64,000 nucleotides of DNA. It comes from Alphaproteobacteria bacterium (GTDB lineage: Bacteria > Pseudomonadota > Alphaproteobacteria > MPNO01). Position 1 is the first letter of the stretch, and every line of letters begins with the position of its first letter. The stretch spans positions 608,001 to 672,000 of the forward strand of contig CBDFLJ010000002.1 of NCBI GenBank assembly GCA_965248835.1, written 5' to 3'. The position numbers were made by a program, and so were the translations under genes. Below, piece after piece: positions 39,318-49,722 of this stretch. The notes beneath the pieces were generated by a model. It saw only the letters and a list, made by a program, of their open reading frames with translations, ran no database searches and was not told the origin of the DNA.

Positions 39318-40511
39318 TTAAGCGGCGGCGTACATGTAATCCCGGGTCAGCGGCAGGGCGTCCAGGGACGGGCTCATTTGAATGTGAAAATTGACGTTAA
39401 ATGAATGGCGGAAGCTGGCCTCTGCGCTGACGAGGAAAAATTCCCACATGCGGCAGAACCGCGCGTCGTAAATCCTCTCCATCTCGTCGCGGTGATCCAT
39501 GAACCGGCGGCGCCATTCCTTCAAAGTGTAGGCGTAGTGCATACGCAAGATCTCGACATCGGTGATGTAGAACCCGACCTTTTCCACATGGGGCACGATT
39601 TCCGATAACGCCGGCGCATACCCACCGGGGAAAATGTATTTCGAAGTCCAGGAATCCGACGCTCCCGGACCGTCGGCCCGTCCGATGGTATGCAGCAAAG
39701 CAACGCCGTCGGCGGCGAGATGGTCCCGCATGGTTTTGAAAAACGTGCGGTAGAGAGGCGGGCCAACGTGTTCGAACATACCGACGGAAACGATTCGATC
39801 AAAGGTGCCTTCCACTTTACGGTAATCCTGAAAGAGAAAGCGCACATCTTCACCAACGTCTTCTTTGTCGGCCCGCTCGCGGGCGATTTTCAACTGTTCC
39901 TCCGACAAGCTGATGCCGGTGACAGACACGCCATGACGCTTGTGCAGTCCTAAAGCGAGACCGCCCCAACCGCAGCCGATGTCGAGAACTTTCATGCCGG
40001 GCTCCAAGCAAAGCTTGGCAGCGATGTGGTCGACCTTGTTGCGTTGGGCAATTTCAAGAGAGTCGTTGGGCGACCGGTAATAGGCCATGGAGTACTGCAT
40101 GTCATCGTCGAGGAAGTGCTCATAGAGCGTGGACGACAAATCGTAGTGATGAGCCACATTCTTGGCGGCCCGGCCGATGGTATTGTAGCTGCGCAGCAGC
40201 CCGCTAAAGCGTCCGACGAATTTCAACATGCGCGCGGCCCAATGACCGTGGGCCGTGCCGATGTTGGCCATGACCAGATCGAGCATGTCGAACAAGTCGC
40301 CGTCCTCGATGGTCAGAGTGCCGTCCATATAGCCTTCGCCGGCGTAGAGGGCCGGGTTGATGAACAGCTTGGTGCCCAGCTTGGGGTCGTGGAAGGTGAC
40401 CGTGACTTTTGGATCGCCGCCCGTGCCTATGTCATGGCGGCGGCCGGTATGGTCGATGATGACCAAGGTGCCCTGTTTCATCAGGGGTTTGAGAAAGCGG
40501 GCGAACAACAC
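39318..40511 (-). CDS. cfa: Cyclopropane-fatty-acyl-phospholipid synthase
   Basis: NVAHHYDLS, QYSMAYY, VLDIGCGWGG, IVSVGMFEHVG, YIFPGG. Confidence 0.93.
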   Translation of the reverse strand: MLFARFLKPLMKQGTLVIIDHTGRRHDIGTGGDPKVTVTFHDPKLGTKLFINPALYAGEGYMDGTLTIEDGDLFDMLDLVMANIGTAHGHWAARMLKFVGRFSGLLRSYNTIGRAAKNVAHHYDLSSTLYEHFLDDDMQYSMAYYRSPNDSLEIAQRNKVDHIAAKLCLEPGMKVLDIGCGWGGLALGLHKRHGVSVTGISLSEEQLKIARERADKEDVGEDVRFLFQDYRKVEGTFDRIVSVGMFEHVGPPLYRTFFKTMRDHLAADGVALLHTIGRADGPGASDSWTSKYIFPGGYAPALSEIVPHVEKVGFYITDVEILRMHYAYTLKEWRRRFMDHRDEMERIYDARFCRMWEFFLVSAEASFRHSFNVNFHIQMSPSLDALPLTRDYMYAAA

Positions 40512-40599
40512 GGACACAATCCTCAAAGGCTTGGGATAGGGACAGCGCGGCGCGGAGTATCCCACATCGGCGTACGAATGTCAGGTTTCCGGCGGCCGG

Positions 40600-41062
40600 C
40601 TAAAGCCATTCTTCGGACGGCTCGGTGCATGCGGTCAGGTGCAGTCATCTGTCCGGCCTCATGATGCGGCTGGTTCGATGCCGCTGGCCCGCATGGAGAT
40701 ACCCGGACCGGGTCGAAGATCATTTTGCGGGCTTGAAGGCCCGTGTACCACGGCTGATTTTCCCGATCCCGTCTCGATTGACCGTTTGCCCTTACTCGTC
40801 CTGCGACCTGCTCACACCCCCGGCGGCTTCCCGCGCTTTACCGCTCTCTCAGGCGGTTGCTGGAACCCGGTAGCTCTCCTTCCTCGTCGTCAGCGCCCAG
40901 ACGATGCATGTCATCTTGTCGGCCAGCGCCACCGCGACCGGCATCCGTGGCTTGCCCGCCGGCATCCGTGCCAGCCAGGGGTCGTTCGCCACGCCACGCC
41001 GAGCCGCCCATCCCACCACCGCCATGGCGCCGGTGATCAAGAGACGCCTGAGATCGCGCCGG
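40600..41062 (-). mobile_element. IS110/IS1111 remnant: transposase C-terminus plus downstream non-coding region
   Basis: DLRRLLITGA.AV, VAVALA.K...IVWA C-terminus ending at 40849, then about 250 bp of non-coding sequence. Confidence 0.8.
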
Positions 41063-41074
41063 ACATATTCTCTC

Positions 41075-41267
41075 CGCCGTTGACAGCCGGGACCACAAGG
41101 CGCTGCACGATGCGGTCGCGGTGACCGCGCGGATGAACTTCATGCGCCGGCTGGTCCAGGCCTTCGGCTTCACCCCGATGGCGCCGGAAAAGGCGCGCTC
41201 GAACGCCCGGAACCGCAGGAAGCTCCGCTACCGCGACCTTTCTCCCAAGTTCGCCGACAAGCCGTAA
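41075..41267 (+). pseudogene. C-terminal remnant of an AhpD/CMD-like (peroxidase-related) protein
   Basis: ALHDAVAVTARMNFMRRLVQAFG resembles the AhpD-family C-terminal helix. Confidence 0.45.
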
Positions 41268-41281
41268 CCGCGCGAGCGCCC

Positions 41282-41668
41282 TCAGTCGGCGGCGGCGATC
41301 ACCTCGACCTCGACCCGGAACTCCGGTCTTGCCAGCGCCCTGACGATCAACAGCGTGCTGGCCGGAACGACGTCGCCGAACGCCTCTTTCTGGATCGGGC
41401 GCCATTTGTCGATATCGCCGGTATCGGTCAGGAAGATTGTCACCTTGACGATATTCTCCACCCCAAGGCCGCAGCCGGCGAGCACGCCCTTGATGTTCCC
41501 GTAGACCAGCCGGCACTGTTCCTCGATGCCCTCGCCGATGGTGCCGTCGGCCGCCACGCCGGTCTGCCCCGCCAGATGGAACAACCGCGCGTTGGCGCCG
41601 ATCTCTCCCACGTGGCTGTAACGGCCGCCCGGTGAGCGGACTCCATCGATGTCGTATCGTTTCACCAT
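41282..41668 (-). CDS. RidA/YjgF family protein
   Basis: YSH, LAGQTG, IVKVTIFL, PASTL..V.AL..PEFRVEVE. Confidence 0.9.
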   Translation of the reverse strand: MVKRYDIDGVRSPGGRYSHVGEIGANARLFHLAGQTGVAADGTIGEGIEEQCRLVYGNIKGVLAGCGLGVENIVKVTIFLTDTGDIDKWRPIQKEAFGDVVPASTLLIVRALARPEFRVEVEVIAAAD

Positions 41669-41974
41669 GGATCTTTTCCCCTTTGATCGTCCGCGTCGGT
41701 CCCGCGGCGCCCACCCATTGTTGCCGTTGCGCGGCCATGCGCAAGGCGCGATGACCGATGCAGTGATGGCCTGGGCCGGCCGGCCCGCCGGACCGACGCG
41801 ATCCGTCGGGAAAATCCGTTAATCGAGCCCGCCCGCGGCGCGGCGTTTCAGCGCCACGGTGCGGCTGACTGTGGATCGGCGCGCCAACCGATTGATTTCG
41901 AACGGGTCACCGGGGGCAAAGTTGCACGCCGAGCCACGGCATTGTCAGACTAACTGGATCGGACCTGTAAAACC

Positions 41975-43331
41975 TGAGGTGGCCCCGGAAAATCGGACAG
42001 TTCGATAAGGTGTATTCCACCGTCTGACGGAGGAATGCAGATGAGCAGCAAGCGACGCCGGTTTTCGGGGGAGCTGAAGGCGAAGGTGGCACTGGAAGCG
42101 CTTCGGGGCGAGCGGACGCTTCAGGAGATTGCTGCGCAGTACCAGGTCCATCCGAACCAGGTCGGCGCATGGAAGCGCCAGGCGGTCGAGGGCTTGGCTG
42201 AAGTGTTCTCGAAGGGCGCCGAGCGGCGGGTTCGGGACCATGAGAGCGCGGTGCGCGATCTTCACGCCAAGATCGGCGAGCTGATCGTGGAGCGGGATTT
42301 TTTGTCGCGCGGGCCCGTTCGATGAGCCGGACGGAGCGTCGCGCGATGGTGGTGCGTGATCACCCGGCGCTGAGCCTGAGCCGGCAATGCCGCCTGCTGT
42401 CGATCGCGCGCTCCTCGCTCTACTACGAGCCGAAGGGGGAGAGCGTCGAGACGCTGGCGTTGATGCGGCGGATCGACGAGCTGTTCCTGAAGTACCCGTT
42501 TTACGGCGCCCGCCGGATGGTGCTTCACCTGCGCCGCGAGGGCGTGCGCATCGGGCGCCGGCGGGCCGCACGGCTGATGCGCCTGATGGGGCTTCAGGCG
42601 ATCTGGCGGGCGCCGCGGACCAGCGCGCCGCACCCCGAGCACCGGGTTTACCCATATCTGCTGCGGGGCCTGGCGATCGAGCGGCCGAACCACGTCTGGT
42701 GCGCCGACATCACTTACATCCCGGTGCAGCGTGGCTTCCTCTACCTGGTGGCGATCATGGACTGGGCGAGCCGCTATGTGCTGGCCTGGCGGCTGTCGAA
42801 CACGCTGGACGCGGGCTTCTGTACAGAGGCGCTCGAAGAGGCTCTGGCCCGATATGGGGCGCCGGAGATCTTCAACACCGACCAGGGGAGCCAGTTCACC
42901 AGCTTCGCCTTCACCGGCCGCCTGCAGGAGGCCGGCGTGCGCATCTCGATGGATGGCAGGGGCCGGTTCATGGATAACATCTTCATCGAACGGCTGTGGC
43001 GCTCGCTCAAATACGAGGCGATCTACCTGCACGAGATCGCCGACGGCCTCACGGCCCGGCACCTGATCCGCGATTGGGTCCGCTTTTACAACGCCGAGAG
43101 GCCCCACGCGGCGCTGGGCGGAAGAACCCCGGCCGAGGCATACCGAGACGGCCCGCCCGTGGATATGATGGACAAGCCGCTTCGCGCCTTGCCCTTGAAC
43201 GCATGCGTTCAAGCCCCACAGGCGCAGCAGCAACAGGAAGATCGATTCAAGGGAATACTGGCAGCCTGAACTTCAACCGGAATACACCTTAGCCCGGCCG
43301 CCAGGCTGTCCGAAAAGGTGGAGCCACCTCA
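41975..43331 (+). mobile_element. IS3-family element (orfA 42035-42325, orfB 42322-43269)
   Basis: IRs TGAGGTGGCCCCGGAAAATCGGACAG / CTGTCCGAAAAGGTGGAGCCACCTCA; WCADITYI, NTDQGSQF, DNIFIERLWRSLKYE. Confidence 0.95.
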
Positions 43332-43352
43332 GCCGGTCTCTGGAGACAGGCA

Positions 43353-44744
43353 CTATTGGGTCTCGCCGCTTCGCCAAGACTGCGCGGTCGCCGCGCCCAG
43401 CACTAGCGCGAATGTCGTAGCGATAGCCGGGAGCTGCATGCTGAAGTCGACGAGCGCGTGCACGCCCACCAGAGTACAGGCGGCGAAACCAAGCGCAGGG
43501 AGCACCGAATCGCGCCGGCGTGTGAGAACCCCGTGCACGCAGTTGAGCGCGAGGGCGAAGAGGGAAAAAAAGAAGCACAGGGCGGCCGGTACTCCAAGCT
43601 CCAGCGCCATCTCGAGGTAGTCGTTGTGCGCCATGTTCACGCCCGGTCCGACGCGGCCGAACCCGTAGATTCGATACACTGACGCAAAAGTGCCGAGTCC
43701 GGTGCCGAGCACCGGTGCGTCCCGAATCGCCCGGCCCGTCTGCGCGTAGATCTCACGGCGCGTCTCCCAATCGGACTCGGTCGCCCATAGCCGCTGCTCG
43801 AGCCCCTTGCCACTCAAGGCCAGGAGCGCGCTGCCCGCCAGAACCAGTGCGATCGCGGTAAAGAACAGGGCGCGGGCGGAGGCGCTACGCCGCGCCGCGA
43901 GACTCGAGAAGAAGACGAGCAGCGCGAGCACGGTGGCCGCGGCGCCCGCGCGCGACTCGCTCAGCAGCAGCGCGACCGCGAGCATGGGCCACGCGCCGAG
44001 AAAGAGCGCGTTGCGAGGGAGATGTTCGCCGAGGAGGCGCCGCAACCGCTCCCTCGAGGGGAGGCTCTCCTCCTCGGGGCGCACCAGCCGGTCCCAGATC
44101 ATCGCCGTCGTGCACAGCAGGCCAAGACCGGCATAGGTCGCGAAGGAGTTCCGGTTGACGAAGGTAGCGGTCACCACGTCAACGTACGCCGTCTTCTCGA
44201 ACCACAGGATCGTGCGGGCACCCGAAAACTCTACCGCGAGACCATAGAGCGCGTAACCGGTGGAGGCGATTGCCACCGCGCCGAACATGGAGCGGGCACG
44301 CCTCGGATCGCGACCGAGTTGGAGCGCCAGCCAGAAGATGCCTGCGTAAGCCACAATTCGCACGATGCTCTCACGGCTCGCCATCGGGTCGAGCGATATC
44401 GATCCATTATACGGGGTCCCGAGCGCTTCCGCCGCGCTGCGCCACAAGGGATGGTGCAAAGACGCGGGTGAGAACTCGACACTCTGGAAAAGCGCCCACA
44501 GCATCGCGAGCACGAAGGGCACTACGCACCACCACACGGTGGAGGGAGGGCGTACCAGCGCAGTGTGCCCGGTGGTCGCGAGGAAGCCCCAACTGAGCAC
44601 CAATGTGCCGGTGCCGGCGGCGATGGCCGACCACGCCCATACCGGGAAGGCTCCGAAGGGCAGGGGGGCGATGAGCACCATCGCAACGAGGGCGCGCAAG
44701 AGCATGGGGTGCAGCAGCATCGTCCGATCGTTTAATGTCGGCAA
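43353..44744 (-). CDS. O-antigen ligase / Wzy_C family membrane protein
   Basis: Multiple TM helices, TFVNRNSFA.Y, LSESRAG, GTGLGTF, AHNDYLE, HALVDF. Confidence 0.9.
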   Translation of the reverse strand: MPTLNDRTMLLHPMLLRALVAMVLIAPLPFGAFPVWAWSAIAAGTGTLVLSWGFLATTGHTALVRPPSTVWWCVVPFVLAMLWALFQSVEFSPASLHHPLWRSAAEALGTPYNGSISLDPMASRESIVRIVAYAGIFWLALQLGRDPRRARSMFGAVAIASTGYALYGLAVEFSGARTILWFEKTAYVDVVTATFVNRNSFATYAGLGLLCTTAMIWDRLVRPEEESLPSRERLRRLLGEHLPRNALFLGAWPMLAVALLLSESRAGAAATVLALLVFFSSLAARRSASARALFFTAIALVLAGSALLALSGKGLEQRLWATESDWETRREIYAQTGRAIRDAPVLGTGLGTFASVYRIYGFGRVGPGVNMAHNDYLEMALELGVPAALCFFFSLFALALNCVHGVLTRRRDSVLPALGFAACTLVGVHALVDFSMQLPAIATTFALVLGAATAQSWRSGETQ

Positions 44745-47408
44745 TGCGAGATCCTAACCCGCGTTTCAAATCGAATCGGGTCCGATGAGAGAATCAGGAG
44801 CGAGCGCAGCGCACGCCTCCATGTGTAAAAGCTAAGACTTTATCTGACAGTGATGCGCTTTTTGGCATGGCGGGCGTCAGATGAGTGACAGCTGTCGGCG
44901 GTCATTCTGCGAGCATCATTTTTTCCCTTGCGAGGTGTGTCGTGTCAAGAAAGGTTGCCACGGGCGTCTTGCCGAAGCACCACCGTCCGTAATGTGGCCT
45001 GGCCTCGTTGTACTCGGCGACTCAGACGTCGAGATCGCGTTGCAGCTCGTCGATCGAGGAGTAGATCTTCTTGCGGAATGTGACCCGGTGGAACTCGTTG
45101 ATCATGGTCTTGTGGAAGCGCTCGACGATGCCGTTGGTCTTTGGGCTCTTGGTCTTGGTGCGGCTGTGATCGACATCCTCGAAGGCGAGATAGAGCTCGT
45201 ACTCGTGGCGTTCCGGGTTGCCGCAATACTCCGTGCCCCGGTCAGTCAGAATGCGCAGCAGCGCCACCTGGTGCTGGTCGAAGAACGGGATCACCCTGTC
45301 GTTCAACAACTCGGCCGCCGTGATCGGCGTCTTGCGGCCATAGAGCTTGGCGGAGGCGACCTTGGAGTAGGTGTCGATGAAGGTCTGCTGATAGATCCGG
45401 CCGACACCCTTCATCACCCCGACATAGAAGGTATCCTGGGCGCCACAATAGCCCGAATGCTCGCTTTCGAAGGAGCCATGGGCCTCCTTGTCCGCCTTCT
45501 CCAGGGCGGCCACCCGGTCCTCGGTAAAGACCAGGCCGTCCTGCGCTGCCTTGACTTCCAGCGCCTTCAGCCGTTTGTTTTTGTTCTCCAGATCGTGGCG
45601 CTGCCACACGCAGCGCACCCCCGCCGGCGAGATCGACACGCCACGCGACCTGAATGCGTTCGACACTCGCAGCTGATCCCAGGCCGGTTGCTCGATCGCC
45701 AACGTCACAACTGCTTACTCGATCTCCGGCGCCACCCGGTTCTTCAAGACCGGCTTCGAGCGGCTGATCTCCATCAGCGCCGTCTCGCCGCCCATATCGT
45801 AGAGCTCTTTGAAGCGGTAGAAGCTGTCGCGACTGTAGCCCATCATCTTGCAGGCTTGGCTCACGTTGCCAAGCTGCTTGGCCAGCTCCAAAAGGCCGAC
45901 CTTGGCGCGAATGATCTTCTGATCCTTGGTCATCATCAGGGTCCTTCTCACATGGCCACGATGCCGGGCATGCCCGGCATCGTGGCAGCGGACCCGCCAA
46001 GCAATGCCAAAATGTCAGATTAAATCTCAGCTAGAGCATATTTCGATCATTCGCGGTCATATCCGGCTGCAGCGAAGTAGTTTTGGCATTCGGTTGGTGT
46101 GAAGCTGTCGATGCCATTGGCGATAGCATCCCAGAGGTCGTCGACGGTTCTCGCGGCGGCCTTTTCGAGGAAGGCCTTGAGCTTGGAGAAGGCCATCTCG
46201 ATCGGATTGAAGTCGGGGCTGTAGGGCGGCAGAAAGCGCAACGCGGCGCCGGCGCCTTCGATGGCATGGCGCACGGCGACCGGCTTGTGGGCGGGCAGGT
46301 TGTCCATCACGACGATGTCACCGGGGGCCAGTGTTGGCACCAGCACGTGCTGCACATAGGCCAGGAAAGCCGCGCCGTTCATGGCGCCGTCGAGCACCAT
46401 GGGCGCGGTCATGCCGTGCAGCCGAAGCGCGCCGACGAAGGTCGTGGTCTTCCAATGGCCATGGGGCACCGGGGCACGGCACCGCTCGCCGCGCCGTGCC
46501 CGGCCATAGCGCCGCGCCATTTTGGTCGAGGCGCCGGTTTCGTCGATGAAGACCAGTCGCTCGGGATCCAGATCAGGCTGGGTCTCGAACCAGGCGTGGC
46601 GCCGTCGCACAACCTCAGGGCGCTGCTGCTCGCTGGCGTGCGCGGTTTTTTGAACGTCATCCCGCGACGCTCGAGCAGGCGCCAGATCGTGCTCTGCGCG
46701 ACCACCACACCATGGGCCGCGGCGAGATGCTCGGCCAGCTCCGCCAAGGTGATGTCCGGCGTCTCCTCGATCAGGGCCAGGATCTCCTCGCCATGGGCCT
46801 CGATCCGGTGCGAGCGGTGATCGCCGCCCCGCGGCCGCGGCCCGACATCGCCGGTCCGTCGCCACCGATCGACCCATTTGATCGCCGTCGAAGCCGCCAC
46901 TCCGAAGCGTTGCGCCGCCGAGCGCCGTGTCATCCCGCCTTCAACCGCCGCGACAAGCCGCTCTCGAAGATCCTTGGAAAGAGATTTCGCCATGCACGCT
47001 GGCCTCCTTCTCCAGCACGCATCTTGAATCACATATCCGCCCTCCGGGGAATCTGGAGGGTTCTGTGAGGTCGCGCCGCTCGAACGGCGGAGGATGGCGC
47101 GGGACGCGACCTGATTGAAGCCGGATTGAACGAAGCCGCGGGATGGCGGGCGGGCTATGGGGATTGTGGCTGCGGCGCCTGGTCCGAGAGGCCGGAATGG
47201 ACCGGTGGCATGTCTGACGGATCGGCCTCATCGAGTGGGTGGCGGCCGGGTCTGGGATGCCGGTCCGGACGAGGGGCTGCGGCTTCACTTCGGCGGCTAC
47301 GATTGTGGCGTCGTGCGAGGCGGGCAGCGTCGCGGGATAGAACGGCTCGGTATCCGACGTGCAGGGTGCTGGGCATTTGTGGTCCGGTGCTGTCCGACGG
47401 GCGGAGTG

Positions 47409-48587
47409 TCATGAGCTGTCCTGCCAGAAGGATGGCCGGCATGGCTCCGGCCGGGGCAGGATGGTGAGGATGATCATGGTGCCGTTGCAGCACGGGCAGC
47501 GGTCGGGCGGGTGAGCCGGGACGGTGTCCCTGGCCTGCTCGGCGGCCGGTTGCGGTGGCGGGGCGTCGAGCAGTTTGCGGCAAAGCGCGAGCTTCGCCGC
47601 GCGGTGTCCGTTGGCGAGGAAGCCGTAGTGGCGGATGCGATGGAAGCCGTCCGGCAGGGTGTGCAGTAGAAAGCGGCGGATGAACTCGTCTGCGTCCAGG
47701 GTCATGACCTTCGTCTTGCCATGGTGGCGATAGTCCTTCCAGCGGAAGGCGACCTCGTCATCGGTTACGCCGACCAACCGGGAGTTGGCGATCGCGACCC
47801 GATGGGTGTAGCGGCCGAGATAGGCGAAGACCTGCTCGGGGCCGCCGAAGGGCGGCTTGGCGTATACGACCCATTCGAGGCGACGCAACTCGCGGAGGCG
47901 GCTAATGAAGGCCTCAGGATCCGCGAGCCCGGCGAGCGCGCCAAAGAAGCCCAGACCGCCGGCCTCGAAGGCGGCGTGCAGTGCGTCGAGGAACAGGCGG
48001 CGGAAGAGGCGCGAGAGCACGCGGACCGGCAGGAAGAACCCCGGCCGGCACGGCACCCAGCGCGAGCCATCTGGAGATGGGCCGCCGCCCGGCACGACGC
48101 AATGGACATGCGGATGATGGTGCAGGGTCTGGCCCCAGGTATGGAGCACGGCGACGAGGCCGATCTCGGCGCCGAGATGCTTCGGGTCGGCGGCGATCCT
48201 GCGCAGCGTCTCGGCGGCGGTTCGGAACAGGACGGCGTAGACCGTCTCCTTGTTCTGGAAGGCGATCTCGGCCACCGGTGCGGGCAGCGTGAACACGACG
48301 TGGAAGTACGGCGCCGCCAGCAGCTCGGCCTGCCGGGCCTCGAGCCATGCGGCACGCGCCTGTCCCTGGCACTTCGGACAGTGCCGGTTGCGGCAGGAGT
48401 TATAGGAATGACGTATGAGGCCGCAATCGGAGCAGAACTCGGTGTGGCCGCCCAGCGCCGCCGTCCGGCACAGCGCGATGGCGCTCATCACCCGCCGCTC
48501 GACGCGGCCCAAATGACCATCGTGCGCGCGGCGATAGGCGTCGCCGTGGCGGCGCAAGACGTCCGCCACTTCTAGACCGGCCGACAT
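47409..48587 (-). CDS. IS91-family (Y2/HUH) transposase, copy 2
   Basis: Protein identical to 26549-27727. Confidence 0.95.
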   Translation of the reverse strand: MSAGLEVADVLRRHGDAYRRAHDGHLGRVERRVMSAIALCRTAALGGHTEFCSDCGLIRHSYNSCRNRHCPKCQGQARAAWLEARQAELLAAPYFHVVFTLPAPVAEIAFQNKETVYAVLFRTAAETLRRIAADPKHLGAEIGLVAVLHTWGQTLHHHPHVHCVVPGGGPSPDGSRWVPCRPGFFLPVRVLSRLFRRLFLDALHAAFEAGGLGFFGALAGLADPEAFISRLRELRRLEWVVYAKPPFGGPEQVFAYLGRYTHRVAIANSRLVGVTDDEVAFRWKDYRHHGKTKVMTLDADEFIRRFLLHTLPDGFHRIRHYGFLANGHRAAKLALCRKLLDAPPPQPAAEQARDTVPAHPPDRCPCCNGTMIILTILPRPEPCRPSFWQDSS

Positions 48588-48596
48588 GGCGCCGGA

Positions 48597-49457
48597 TCAG
48601 ACGGGTGGCACCACCTCCAGCGTCAGTCGGTCGAGCGGGCTCTCCGTCCGCCCGATGAGGCGGTTCGAGACCCGCGTGTAGCGCGCCGTGCTCGACAGGT
48701 TGGCGTGCCCCAGCAGGGCCTGGATAATGCGGATGTCGGTGCCGCTCTCCAGCAGGTGCGTCGCGAAGCTGTGGCGCAGCGTGTGCACCGTGACCCGCTT
48801 GGCCAGGCCGGCCGCGGCACGGGCCGATCGGCAAGCGGCATGTAACACCTGGACGTCGATCGGCTTGGTCTCGTCCCGGCCGGGAAACAGCCAATGCTCG
48901 GGCCGGGCGAGACGCCAGTAGGTGCGCAGGATGCCGAGCAACTGCGCCGACAACATCACGGTGCGATCCTTGCCGCCCTTGCCGTGCTCGACCCGGATGA
49001 CCATCCGGCCGCTGTCGATATCGGCCACCCTGAGCCTCACCACCTCGGACGCGCGCAGCCCGGCGGCATAAGCCGTCGTCAGCGCGGCACGGGCCTTCAA
49101 GCTCGGCACCGCCTCCAGAAACCGCACGACTTCGTCGGCATTCAGCACCACCGGCAGCTTGCGCGGCGCGCGCGCGTAGGGGATGCGCTCGGGGATCTCG
49201 CCGTGGTCGAGCGTGACGCCATAGAAGAACCGTAAGGCGCAGACCGTCTGGTTCAGCGCCGGCCACGAGATGCCGATCGAGACCAGGTGGACCTGGAAGG
49301 CACGCACGTCCTCCAGACCCAGCCGATCCGGCGAGCGGCCGAAATACCGGCTGAACTTCGCGACCGCGTGCAGGTAGGATCGTTGCGTCGCCGGCGACAG
49401 ATTGCGGACCGTCATGTCCTCGGTCATGCGTCGGCGTAGAGGGCTCATCTCGGCCAT
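48597..49457 (-). CDS. Tyrosine recombinase of the IS91-like element, copy 2
   Basis: Protein identical to 25679-26539. Confidence 0.95.
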   Translation of the reverse strand: MAEMSPLRRRMTEDMTVRNLSPATQRSYLHAVAKFSRYFGRSPDRLGLEDVRAFQVHLVSIGISWPALNQTVCALRFFYGVTLDHGEIPERIPYARAPRKLPVVLNADEVVRFLEAVPSLKARAALTTAYAAGLRASEVVRLRVADIDSGRMVIRVEHGKGGKDRTVMLSAQLLGILRTYWRLARPEHWLFPGRDETKPIDVQVLHAACRSARAAAGLAKRVTVHTLRHSFATHLLESGTDIRIIQALLGHANLSSTARYTRVSNRLIGRTESPLDRLTLEVVPPV

Positions 49458-49722
49458 CGGGGGGCTCCTGTCTGGAAGGTCGGGCTTCAACAACCGCAAT
49501 CCTCTCAGACCGGAGACCTTCCCCCTATCCGCCCTCTCCTGTCCCGCGACAGCGGGTTCGTTCAATCACATATCCACCCTCCGGGGAATCCCCCTCGATT
49601 CCCAAAGCTCAGAAAATGCTCTAATGCACTTCTATGCCTCACCGGCGATCACACTTATCGAGGGACCAAACAGATTTCCGCTCTTCGCTCGCGTTCTGCC
49701 GACAACTTCGGGATTAAGCAAC

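Larger units (their letters stand above)
46034..49621 (-). mobile_element. IS630 type A carrying a nested IS91-like element (composite copy 2, inverted)
   Basis: Near-identical reverse complement of 25538-29104; TA duplication at 46032-33 and 49622-23. Confidence 0.92.
44824..49628 (-). mobile_element. IS481-family element with inactivated transposase (~44915-45933); left IR interrupted by composite copy 2
   Basis: IR TGTAAAAGCTAAGACTTTATCTGACA at 44824; the other IR is rebuilt from 46013-46033 plus ATGCA (49624-49628); in-frame stop near 45715; [24 protein letters not shown]. Confidence 0.85.

Noticed and set aside
49402-49722. N-terminal extension of the metallophosphoesterase (360-aa ORF)
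   Set aside because: The extension is IS-end and intergenic sequence read through by chance; the likely start is 49723.
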